A DNA stretch of 63,469 nt, filler included, from Asterionella formosa (taxonomy: Eukaryota), in assembly GCA_002256025.1 (NCBI GenBank). It is 10 parts of 10 records of this genome, joined end to end, with 100 filler letters (N's around TTAATTAATTAA, not from the genome) between each part and the next. Parts side by side here need not be neighbours in the genome. Positions count along the whole stretch, not along the records: positions 25,305 to 50,464 come from NKIB01002060.1; 9 more parts are not named here. The stretch is one strand, 5' to 3'. Positions within the stretch are counted from its first letter, which is position 1, and every line of letters starts with the position of its first letter. A program made the translations under genes and the position numbers. Shown here one piece after another: positions 34,797 through 45,971 of this stretch. The notes below the pieces were generated by a model. It was not told the DNA's origin. It did no database searches and was given only the letters and a program-made list of their open reading frames with translations.

Positions 34797-36246
34797 CTAA
34801 AATAAAATCGCATGAAAGACTTGTGAGATATTGAAGGCTCTGACCTGCTTCACGCTACAAGAAAGCTTGACGCTTTCTGTTTGTGACAGCCTCCCCCAAT
34901 GCAACATGTCAACCTTACCCTTCCTCCAACGTTTTGCGTCTTGATCAAAGTGATCATCAATAGCGCGGTAGGTATGGACCTCATGAAAGTCGTCGAATGA
35001 TTTGGAGAAAACTGTGGCATGTTCGAGTTTGCGCCACAATTTTGAAATTCGAAATCGTGGGCATTCACAAACCATTTTTTTTCCCACGTCGGAATAACAC
35101 ATCACCGTTGAGAACTCTCGTTTTGTGTCGTGCAGCCAAACAGTAAAGGTGCCTAAATGGCCATGATGGGTAAACCCTGTGGGGCTCAATTTGTAATCAA
35201 ATGATTGCGAGCGCGCTACAAGATGCCAGGAAAGCAAATCTGCGGGATAAATGTCACGAGTTATCGACAACTATCGTTCGCTGCATTTGGAGAGCTCCCG
35301 ACTATCGCATCGACCCTTCAAACGTCATTGGGGACAGCGATTCAATCCGCTGATGATAAAGCTAGCATAAATGACACCAGCGAAGAAAGCCAACAGAAAG
35401 CATCGCCATTGTGCAATGACATTATACGCAATGTCAAACTTCAGAACTTATTCCTCCCTTCCAGGTTTTGCCATGTGGTATGATACCTACACAATTGACT
35501 ACCTGGTACCGTACTCGAGTACGGTACCAGGGTACCTGGTACCACACTTCACTAAAGGTATTTGAATATATACTGGGCGTATAATAGACTACGTAGCTAA
35601 CTGCTTTGTCGATTTTTGTCGACCAGCCCCGGAAGAAACAAAGAATGGGCGATTTTTCAAATTACTCCGTCCCGCGCCAGCCAACCTCAACCATCACATA
35701 TATCTACTGGCATGCTGGTAATGTGCGCGTGTTAGACGCATCATCTCTCCTTTCATACCAGGATACTGGATGAATTTGAAATTTTATTTTTTTATGTATA
35801 AAAATCATATCAACTCGCCGGAATGAAGTGAGAACGTACCCACCCTAGTTCACAATTCTGATCAGGACCATCATTCCCATGATACACATCATGTCACAAT
35901 GTCACCCAAAATGTCCACATAAATATAAGTTGTCCTATGTATGGTCGCAATCCACATCTAGAGGAGAGCTAACATGCAGTTCCTAATGTGCAGCTCTACT
36001 GGTTCCAGGTACCTGGTAAAGTAACAATGGAGGGACAATTGTCGAAACCTGTAGATAAGACTGAAGTCTAATGCAATGTGACGTAGCGGTATTCTACCTC
36101 ATTCAAAACAACTTTCCGCTATTGGTTGTAATAACTGTATCCATAAACTTGACATAATCTCTCCACAAGTTGGATATTAGTATAAACCTCATGAGCTCAT
36201 GAGGAATCCATAGACGTTGATGTCCACTTTTCTACATAACGCAGTT

Positions 36247-37761
36247 TCATGCTGGATCAGATTTCGGCATGCAAACGCCTGCTCGACACTGATACAAGGT
36301 CTGAGCAATGATTTCTTCTCTGGAAAATTTTCCACCTGGCATGGGAGGGCACTTAGCAATTGCACCACTCAACAAAAGATTTGTTTCCGCATCTGCCAAA
36401 GCTTTAAAGTCTGCCTCCAAAGGCTTGGGGTAGCCTTTCGGAATGCCTCCTTCTTCCAAAAAGGCAAAGGCTCGACGATAATCCTTCCCGGTGAATTTCA
36501 AGTTATTTTTCAGGTGAGCCGGAATGATTCTTTCAAAGGGCCATTTTGCAACTTTATCAGCAAAGTCGAGCACCTCGATTGGGTTTCGGTTCAAAATCAA
36601 TTTTTGCAAAATGGGAGCAACCAAGAGGCCACCGGAAATGGCACGAAAGGAAGCTTCATCGTCACCAACCCAATCCCAAGGGTAAATTCCAGCGAAATCT
36701 GAGTTGATATCAGGACGACGTTCTTTCAGAGCTGTCTCGCTGGAGATTGGAAAATGGTTAGCAATTTCTTTGAGAGTCCTAGTTCACGGTATTTATGTAT
36801 ACTGTACTTACATATCCTTGATTATGATGGCGCACGGCATAAAAAATAGGCCAAACAACAAGACACGCTTCCAACCCTTCTTTCTCACTTCGGGGGTGTC
36901 TTCAACAATGTCAGTAACTGTATCACGAGCATGGTACAAGAGGGGCCTTGGGTCGGAGTTGTAAATTTCTGGCACTTCGTCTGACACCTCAACAACTGTG
37001 TCAGTTACCAATAAAGTCCTGGTTCCCTTATGAAAAAATACAGTCTCGCCAAATGCGCCGTCTTTGCTGATGATTGGACCTAGCGTCAAAAAGTCAAAAT
37101 CCTTGGTCCACTCTTCTGGAGCGTCGGCAGGCGAGGAAGGGATCGTCTTAGTTCGCCCTGGTGGGAATCCAAGGAATGTGTCTGGCAAGTTGCTAGGGAA
37201 GCTGTACTGTCCAGGCTGAACCCACACCTGAGCCGATGGGAACTTTTGCGCAAAGACGCCAGCATAAACCTTGTGTTCAAGAGCAACCGATCCTAAAGCA
37301 ATGTGCTTGACAGGACCATATTTATCGACCAACTCTTGAACAAGCCCGATGCATTCTTGCGTCGCGGCCACTGGATCATAGACAAATAGACCCCCTCCTG
37401 ATAGCTTTATTATTGACATTCTCAGAGGTACCTGCACATCCAGAATACCAAATTTTTGATCAAAGGTCCAGACTTGTCCATCGACAATTGTTTGTCGAAT
37501 AGTCTTTTTCTGCTTGTAAGTTCCAACGGGTAGGATGCCCCAGAGCCCATAGTCTGTAGGGTCTGTTTCTCTGGTTCCCACATACGATATGCCCAAGCCT
37601 AGAGCAGCAACTGACAATTCACCCATTTGTCGGCGGGATAGTCCTTCACTGCCAACCGACGAAGCGAGGAACGTTTGCTGTCTCGACTGGGGAGATTTGA
37701 GGGCGCTGAAACCGGCACATATGTGCAAAGAAGCGATAATCAGACCAGGAAGCCAATTCAT
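36247..37761 (-). CDS. DUF4336-like protein, probably plastid-targeted; exons 37761-36812 and 36739-36247
   Basis: RMSIIKLSGGGLFVYDPVA, LEHK, ETVFFHK..TLLVTD, WPFERIIPAH; 72-nt GT-AG intron; N-terminal signal peptide ending ICAGF. Confidence 0.8.
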
Positions 37762-38312
37762 GATTTCCGCTGTGATGTGGATCGAAAGGATTTGTCAATC
37801 GAGAACTGAAAACCGGGGGGGGGGGACGAGAAGGGAACGTCAGAACTAAGTACTTCCTCGTCAGCAAGATTTAAGAAATTGCTGAGGGGAAGCCGAATGG
37901 AAGTAAAATTATTATTATATATATATATATAAATATCCGTATTTTTGGTTTATTGTTCCATAAACTTTTATGGCACGACTACTGTACATCTAATATTTTC
38001 AACTGGAGTACGTGCGGTATGCAACAATATGCGAATCATGAATGGTATTGTTCTATGCATTGCTTCAGGATTCTCATATGACCATGATGCTGGTCGTAAG
38101 GGGGTTATATAATAAATATTCCGGAATCCGGAATACTCAAATAGTTATCAGGGCACTTTTCTTTCGTAGCACCCCTCATTTATAGGACACCTTTCACAGG
38201 TACATACAATTGTGTGAATACCAAATCATATCATACCTTTAGATATAAAATTTGCAACTAATTATGACAGGATACATTTATAAACATTTTTGGCTTTGAA
38301 AATAGCGAGGTC

Positions 38313-41116
38313 CTAAGCCCAGTAGATGTGAGTGAGTTTCATTGCCTTTCCTGTTGTGTCGTGACATCCTAGCATTCTAATTCCGACTTCAACAGGCCTA
38401 GTTTCACCCTTTGTGTAGTCAGGGTCGTCAAGCAGTGTCTGGATTTCCACAACACGCTGAAGAGGCTGAGTGAAATTCTGGGCAAATGTCTGCTTATCAA
38501 GAGACGTGATGTGGCCGTCAATTGCATATTCAAAGCGAAACTTATCACAATAGTCTGGTGGTTGCGCCTTCAATAGACGTTGGTTCGCCTCAAATTCGTG
38601 CGCTTCAAACTGCATATTACCATTGTTGGCCGGTGGCGATGCATGACGAAGGGAACGCCTTTCATTGTTGATTGACTTCCAATTTCTTGTTATTGAGTTC
38701 TCCATAACACTGTGCCATGTCTCGATCTTCAGCATGATGATACCTTCTAAAATCGCCGGCAGTGTGAGCACTAGCCAGCCACTATATCCATCCATGATCA
38801 GTCCACCTCTTCTGTCACTGTGCCCAGAAAGCAAACAAGTTGTCCCGGGTTCGCGACCACACTCAGAGTTCCATGTACCATCACAATAGCCAGCAGGGCT
38901 ATCACTCATCTGCCATCCTAACCCTGGATTGATCACATCGACATCAAGCTTTCTTATTCTTGGAGGAAGCGCATCATAGGAACGCCCATTGCTGATAATG
39001 GCAAGGACATCGACCGCACCTTCTGGTGGATCAAGTTTTGGGTTATAGGGCCCTGGACCAGTGTATTGCGCCGCAGAGCTAGCATGAGGAATATATCCAT
39101 TGGCAGCAGGCTTCAGAAGCGTCTGTATACTTGTCTTATCAGGGTTCGCACGCGGAGTGAACTCTGTAGCTCCGTACAACGTCGTGTTGCACACTCGGAT
39201 GGGTATCTTTCCATCATATGCCTTCATACAATCGCCCACGTCAAAGGGAAGTGCGCGAACTTTGTTACGAATATCCTTGTAGTATTCTGTAACATGCCAC
39301 AGTTCATCCGGCAAAGTAAAGTCAGGCGTCGCCTTCCACTGAGTCAAGACTTCGTTTATAGCAAGCAAAACCATCATAGCGATAATTCGACCGGTTAATT
39401 GATGGGACAGGTTACCCGGGTGCCAGCTAACTTGAGAGCCAGGTGTTGCATCTTGCTGTGTGTCCGGTGCAATTGGTCCAGAGTAGTCCTCTGGCCAGCA
39501 AATGGAATCGAACTTATGGGTGCTACATAGGTCTCTTCGTTCATTGCTGCATTTCATGTATCTTGAAGCATACGGGATTTTCAATGCTACGAACAAAGGG
39601 TATCAGGATGAGCGGTTGATTCAACTCTGCCTGAAATAGTATCGAAAATAGGTATATAGGGCACCATGAACATATTATAAAGAAAGTGACATACCTTGAA
39701 TTTCATCTTCACACGTGGGGATACCAAGCATTGCCGACCCATAGTGCCCAATGTCTGCACCACATTCATCGTGTAACATTTTCAAGTTGCCAAAGTTCCC
39801 CCCTAAAAGCATTGGTACTCGGTTTCCACCAATCAAGGCTTGGCGCTCGAAAAGATCCACAGCACCTCCGTCTCGCCCCTCCGTCATTCCAGAGTCCCAA
39901 ATCATGATATCAATTTCATCTCCATAAATAGACCGAGCTCCAAGAGCACTGTGAAGAGTCCCTAGACCACCCTGCGCCAAGTTACGTGACGTCAAAGGAA
40001 TATTTAGCATGGCAAAAACAGGTTCCATGACCTTGTGAAATTGCATAATGTAGGACTGCTTGAAAGAGTTTCTACGAACATGATATCAGATCAAACAAAG
40101 TTAGTAATAAAGGTATTTTGGATCATCTATATAGGCGCCGAAACGTACCCATGACCTGCAGCAGCAGAGTGTCCTCCCAATATGACGCCAAAGGAATCGT
40201 TGGTCATCAGAGCATGCAGAATACGCCTTTTTAGTCCCTCGAAACTCTTCCTATCAGTCCATCCACCATTTTCTTGGAGCTCCTTGCCACCGCTAGGGGT
40301 GTCGCCATTTGAGAAATTCAAAAAACTGAACTGAAACATTTCGGACCGTTTCACAAAGTCGTCGCCAGGCATGTCGTTGGTCCCTTTACCATATTCCGCC
40401 AAAATAGCTTCCATGGAACGGTTCACCAGCTTGATGCCTTCATCCAAAAATGCAGCTAGGTAATCCTTGTCAACCTGCCAAGCGTCCTTCGGAAATTTTA
40501 CACGAGGTATGTCACGATTGCCAAATTCTCCACAGTAATCGTGTTTAGGACGAGACTCTGCTTTGGGATCGGTAAATTCCCATTTTCCCCATTCCGTCGC
40601 GAGTTTTCCTTGCAGTTCGACTGCTCCAGGACGCATGACACGTACAATTTGGTCGGGTTTCGTAAAGCCAAATGTATTGTCGTCGGGAATACCACTGCTC
40701 TTCAAGGAGTCTCCTATTGCCACTGGCTCTGCTGTGGCTGGAACCGGAGCTACAGTCTCGAATGATGGTGCTGTTGTGGCTGGAACCGGAGCTGGGGTGT
40801 TCGGTGGACCTTTCGCAGTCGGCGCAGTCGATGGTATCCTTGGAATTGTCGTGTTCTTCGATTCGACATCATCCACATATTCTCCTCCTTTGCCCTCCCG
40901 AAATCGCAATTGTTCTGAATCCAATACAAATAGAATGCATACAACGGCGATAATGGCGAAGATACAAATCCCCCATCGTCCACGGTAGGCTCTGTTGCAC
41001 ATGGAAATCGGATCCACTGCATTCTTCGGATTTTTGGGAGGACTAATCAGCAGGCCTTCTACTTCTTCCATTTCCAACATCCGATCGTCTGTCGGAACTA
41101 GAGATAATGGCTTCAT
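38313..41116 (-). CDS. Type II membrane protein with SGNH/GDSL-like domain; exons 41116-40149, 40071-39695, 39586-38313
   Basis: Single N-terminal TM, P/T-rich stem, GGHSAAAGHGN block I, NLAQGG, IWDSGMTE and SWHPG. Two GT-AG introns join the three ORFs in frame. Confidence 0.7.
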
Positions 41117-41209
41117 CTTGGAATGCTCGTACCGTAAGTCTACGTTGGGAGAGGGTCAGGAGTCTCCCGCTTGACATCTAATAAATACAGCAAGCCTCTA
41201 CAATAGCCA

Positions 41210-41475
41210 CTACCGGTACCAGGTACTCGAGTAGCAGGTATTATTTCTCACAACGACACAAATAATGTGCCCGAATTCAAATACCGGTACCGGTATACCG
41301 GTAGTCAATGACATTACCGGTATGATGTGTTCACAGCGTTTCTCGCATCATGCTATTTGAATATTTCTCAGTACCTGGTACTGGTACTACAGGGTAGGAG
41401 TACCTGGTAGGTACCACGTTCCCGCCGTCGACACGCAAATCATGTTACCCTGGTACCAGGTAGCACCAGGTTCCA
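41210..41475. repeat. TACCGG/TACCTGG-rich array upstream of the SGNH-like gene
   Basis: taccggtaccaggtac, ataccggtaccggtataccggtag, gtacctggtactggtac, gtacctggtaggtacc, ccctggtaccaggtag. Confidence 0.75.
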
Positions 41476-41635
41476 CAAATTTTTGATGCTCCACAAACCG
41501 GTAGTGTGTTTTGATCTATGGGTAGAATAGAAAAAATGATTAAAAATAATACCAGAATTATTAGGATCCATTGGTTCGGGTAATATGACCTCAACATACC
41601 GGCACATCTATAGCTATGCTGTCGTTGCTCTTGCC

Positions 41636-43162
41636 CTACATTTCCAAATCAACTCGGAGCTTTGGCTGAACTCGAAGCAGAGGAGGTCGAACTCCGCCAA
41701 ACTGAGAAATCACCTGAGGATCATCTGCGTCATTGTGAACACCAACAGTCAAACTGTTTCCGCCCATATTGTACCCAGCAAAACCTTGAAAGCTCCCAAA
41801 TCCATCTGGACGAATCATGGCGACCAAATCCAAGCCTAAATCAAGAGCACGAGAATTTGGCTTCCTTTCCCGACTTGTCGTCTTTGTGATTGCTCTCATA
41901 CGTTTGAGTTGAGCTTCGGGGGAATCTGGGAAATCTCGCAAGGCATCATTCAGTTTGGCCGACATTTCTCGAACTGCCTTGTCCTTGGTCAATCCAAGTG
42001 TAGGGACAGTAAGATTTTCCACAGTGGATTCAAAGGCAAAGGCAGCTGTCCTCATGGCAGCAGCATTATCATCAAATGCAGATTCTTCGCTAGATGCAGA
42101 TGTTCTCAGAAGCTTGGACTTGAACTTCTTAAGAGTCGACCGTTCCAGGTTAATAATTTGAGATAAATAAAGGTCTCGAATAGCAGTTTCGATTAGTGCT
42201 TTCAGATTGATTCTCATTTCCAATCGATATTGGGCAACAAGTGGCAAGCCGGCAGAAGATAAGGTTTCGCTATCGAATCCATTCAGCGTCTTGCTATAGA
42301 GGCCTTCCGCCTCCTTTCCAAAGTTCTCCACTACTAACCCACGCGACGAACGAAACTTCCACGCAGCAATCTTCGATCTAGTGGCCTTGGTGTGCTTTGC
42401 GTATGCTTGATGACAAGTTAAGTATGCTTGCGCGACCATGGGGGGATCAAGAGCTTCTGATGCAACACCAGCTTCACGAATCTTGCTCTGAGCACTCGAG
42501 AGGGCATCACTCAGTGTAGCGGCTTCGGAAGGCTTGGAACTGGCAGCAGTCAAAGCAGCAGACAAGGCCTCTTGTGCGTCGCCCTCGCTCTGCAACGAAA
42601 GAACGATGACCTCGTACATGTCAGCAAAGCTAGGAGTGCGTTCATTTGATTCGGCAGCGGTAGCATCAAAGATTTCTCTGATTTCAGATCGAATGCTAGC
42701 TTCAGTTTCCTCGTCAACTGGACCCAGAACACCAAGAATCAACGTCTGCCTGCTCCCACTATCAAGCGCCAATCGAGTCCGGAGTAGGGCAGTCAGGGTA
42801 CGAGCATGTCGAGTGTTTTGCAGTCCAATTTCGACATCCCCTTCTGTAATGCCGTCTACAATGACTGCTCCAGCCACCAAGGATGTGGTGGTCAATGACA
42901 TACGCTCGGGTGCGCTTGCAACAGTAAGTGTAGCGCCCCGACAAGACAAACAAGGCGTGTCTCCTGGCATCAAGGAAAGAATCTCGTCGGAGGTCCCCAA
43001 CAGTGAAGGTGTTCCTGGCGAAGAAATGATGGCAACAACTCCACTAGCTGTAGATACAATCGGAATCTGTCGATGAAGAGCTCCAGACGAATCCATGAGG
43101 ACAGTGGCTGATACTAGATCAGCCGACAGTAGCAATAGTAGGGCGGAGCGTAACAGCTTCAT
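41636..43162 (-). CDS. Signal-peptide protein with a diverged RHD3/Sey1-like region
   Basis: Intact 508-aa ORF with signal peptide MKLLRSALLLLLSADLVSA. FADMYEVIVLSL, VENFGKEAEGLYSKTLNGFDSE and RINLKALIETAIRDLYLSQIINLERSTLKKFK recall Sey1/RHD3 segments. Family call is from memory only. Confidence 0.55.
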   Translation of the reverse strand: MKLLRSALLLLLSADLVSATVLMDSSGALHRQIPIVSTASGVVAIISSPGTPSLLGTSDEILSLMPGDTPCLSCRGATLTVASAPERMSLTTTSLVAGAVIVDGITEGDVEIGLQNTRHARTLTALLRTRLALDSGSRQTLILGVLGPVDEETEASIRSEIREIFDATAAESNERTPSFADMYEVIVLSLQSEGDAQEALSAALTAASSKPSEAATLSDALSSAQSKIREAGVASEALDPPMVAQAYLTCHQAYAKHTKATRSKIAAWKFRSSRGLVVENFGKEAEGLYSKTLNGFDSETLSSAGLPLVAQYRLEMRINLKALIETAIRDLYLSQIINLERSTLKKFKSKLLRTSASSEESAFDDNAAAMRTAAFAFESTVENLTVPTLGLTKDKAVREMSAKLNDALRDFPDSPEAQLKRMRAITKTTSRERKPNSRALDLGLDLVAMIRPDGFGSFQGFAGYNMGGNSLTVGVHNDADDPQVISQFGGVRPPLLRVQPKLRVDLEM

Positions 43163-43613
43163 GTTGTATCACCTTCTTAATTTTAAACTGTTCCGTTGCA
43201 ATTTCTGACTTCCTTTCCAACGAATGTCTGAAGAATGCAGCAATCGTTGATGCAACCTTTTCTGATTTCGATCTCAAAATCCCTCAATAGCAACCAACCC
43301 TATCAATGTGGCTGTGTCTCTATTAAACCAGCGTATGGGATGTAATCGAACTGTCCAATAAGAAATACATAGCAGGTAGTAGGTAGTATTACAGGTATGT
43401 ACGATGCATACCGGCTGTCAGCAACATCAACAGCATCAGCCATGTATCAGCCATGGTGATGGTGAGCATGGGATTCCTCCTATCTCCTGTTGGCGTGTTC
43501 CACCTGTCAAGACGAGATATCCTCAGCCAAGAGATTAATTTAGCAATTAACAGGTCGGAGCTCAGCACCCATCAGACATACCCTACCTCATCCCCTGTAC
43601 ATATGTAATAGGC

Positions 43614-43850
43614 CTGGTATCATACTTAGGTACATGATACCTGGTACCGGGTACCTACTCCGTAAACTTACCGTACCTGGGAAGGTCAGGTAGCGCACTT
43701 TCTTGCGATCATAATGGGTTGTTACCCCTGGTACCAGGTACCTGGTACCAGGTATATAGCAGGAGTATCGTACGAGCGATATGATGGCTAGTGGTGTGCG
43801 TGCCCTTTCAATTGTGTCACCTTCACGTCGTAATGTTGGTACCGGTACCA
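43614..43850. repeat. (TACCTGG)n array in the divergent intergenic region between the RHD3-like and decarboxylase genes
   Basis: gatacctggtaccgggtacc, cctggtaccaggtacctggtaccaggta, ggtaccggtacc. Confidence 0.8.
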
Positions 43851-44190
43851 GAGCTAGAAATGGTAAAAGAGCTATTTAGCATTGTTTGCGTCCTAGTAAA
43901 ATCCGTCTTCTATTTCAGCTTTCTACCGGTAGTTATTCTTCGTTAAGTGTTGATACTACGACATGAATGACATTTCTCGTCAGAGGCATCGCTGTCCTGG
44001 GCGGCGCTCGTGTCGTGGTCTTCATGGCGCTTTATTCTATTGGCCATGATTTCTTTATTATGCATCACGCTGACATCGGCAGAGAAACGTCAAAGCATCA
44101 CCATACTGGTGCACACACATTTACATCAGTTCCTTCAATTCTCGCTACCAAGTACCGGTAACCTTATAGTCTACTAGAGTCCACCCCACC

Positions 44191-45777
44191 ATGCTGCTAT
44201 CCATTCTCTGTCGTCGTCACCATGCTACTGCAGCAGTAGCTCGAGCAATTCACCGTTCCCTCGCGACGAGTGTCTTGTCGAACTCAAATTCAATTCATCC
44301 AAGATTCAAATCCTCGTTGGCTTCCGATGTGGACGACGAGGTCATGATTGATCAGGATATCTCAATCGGAGAGGATGCACTGCCAATTCCTGACTTTACT
44401 GCCAAGGCGGGTACACCTTCACCGTGGGCTGTCTTTGATGCATGGGGTGCCGGTGCCGGAGTACGTGACCCCCTTACATCAGATCAAGAAGCCAAGCTGT
44501 CACCAGAGTCGGTTCGCATTCCATTGAATGAAAATGAACGGTCATCTTTGCCGGATGAGACGGAAATTCTGGCAGCGTATGATCAGCTATTGCAGCGCAA
44601 GTCAAGTGTGCATTTTGGGTATCCCTACAATTTAATGTACAATCACGAAGAACTTTACGAATTCATGAAGTATTCGATTAATAATCTCGGAGATCCGTTC
44701 GTGGCTTCCAATTATGGAGTTCATTCTAGACAGTTTGAGTGCGCAGTTATCGATTTCATGGCAGACTTGTGGAAGATTCCGAGAGGAGAATACTGGGGTT
44801 ATGTCACGACCTGTGGAACGGAAGGAAACCTTCATGGGATTCTCTTGGCACGAGAATGCCACCCAGATGGCATACTCTATTCGTCATCGGAATCCCATTA
44901 TTCCGTTTTCAAAGCTGCCAGATATTATCGCATGGACTCGAAAGCTATTCCTACCTTGCCCATGGGCGAGATTGACTACGATATCTTGGCTAGTGAGATT
45001 GACAAGAATAGGGATCGCCCAGTCATTCTTAATGTAAATATTGGAACAACTGTCAAGGGAGCTGTCGATAACTTGGATAGAATTCTTCGCATGCTCCAGA
45101 CTCTGAAAATCCCAAGAGAACGTTTTCATATTCATTGCGATGGTGCTCTCAATGCCCTCATGTTACCTTTTGTGGAATACGCCCCTGAAGTCTCATTTCA
45201 GAAGCCAATTGACTCCATTGCCGTCTCGGGACACAAGATGCTTGGTTGCCCTTTCCCTTGTGGGATTGCACTGACGCGAAAGGAACACGTCAAAAAGGTG
45301 GAGCAGCGCATCGATTATCTCAATTCTGTCGACACGACCATTATGGGATCTCGGAACGGCCAAGCAGCGCTCTATCTCTGGTATTCCCTTCGCAAAAAAG
45401 GTATCGCTGGGATTAAGCGTGACGTCGTACATTCAATGGAAACGGCCCGGTACTTGCGAGAAAAGATAACAGCCATTGGACTTTCATGCCGTCTCAATGA
45501 TTTGTCCTCGACAGTTGTTCTCGAGCGTCCCATGGATGATGCCTTAGTCAAGCGCTGGCAACTAGCGTGTGAAGAAGATATTGCGCATGTTGTGGTTATG
45601 CCGAATATTACAAAAGAAAAAATCGATTTGTTTGTACAGGAGTTGGAAGAATGTAAGAACAAGTATGGACGTATGGAACCCAAGCGAAAGGAATCGCCTT
45701 TGTCCAAGTTGGCTAGTAGTGCTTGGGGTGGAGCTACGTGCATCAAGCCAGTGGAAGATTTCAAGAGTGACTTATAG
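44191..45777 (+). CDS. SDC1: Group II PLP-dependent decarboxylase, serine decarboxylase (SDC)/histidine decarboxylase family
   Basis: GYPYNL, INNLGDPF..SNYGVHSRQFE, WGYVTTCGTEGNLHGIL, HCDGAL, SGHK (PLP lysine), TIMGSRNG and RWQLACE. Confidence 0.88.
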   Translation: MLLSILCRRHHATAAVARAIHRSLATSVLSNSNSIHPRFKSSLASDVDDEVMIDQDISIGEDALPIPDFTAKAGTPSPWAVFDAWGAGAGVRDPLTSDQEAKLSPESVRIPLNENERSSLPDETEILAAYDQLLQRKSSVHFGYPYNLMYNHEELYEFMKYSINNLGDPFVASNYGVHSRQFECAVIDFMADLWKIPRGEYWGYVTTCGTEGNLHGILLARECHPDGILYSSSESHYSVFKAARYYRMDSKAIPTLPMGEIDYDILASEIDKNRDRPVILNVNIGTTVKGAVDNLDRILRMLQTLKIPRERFHIHCDGALNALMLPFVEYAPEVSFQKPIDSIAVSGHKMLGCPFPCGIALTRKEHVKKVEQRIDYLNSVDTTIMGSRNGQAALYLWYSLRKKGIAGIKRDVVHSMETARYLREKITAIGLSCRLNDLSSTVVLERPMDDALVKRWQLACEEDIAHVVVMPNITKEKIDLFVQELEECKNKYGRMEPKRKESPLSKLASSAWGGATCIKPVEDFKSDL

Positions 45778-45971
45778 AGTATGTGACAGGTGACTCAAAC
45801 TTCAGAGGCAGTAGTAGATTGAGACTCAAGAAACTAAGCTTTTCCCAATAACTCAGAAAAACAGGGAATAATGCGTCTTGCTTGATAAGGCGATTTTTTA
45901 ATAGCAATGTCTTAATTTGCAAAAGCTAGCATTGAATATCAATGTTTGTGCATGGCTTTCGGGAGATCCCT

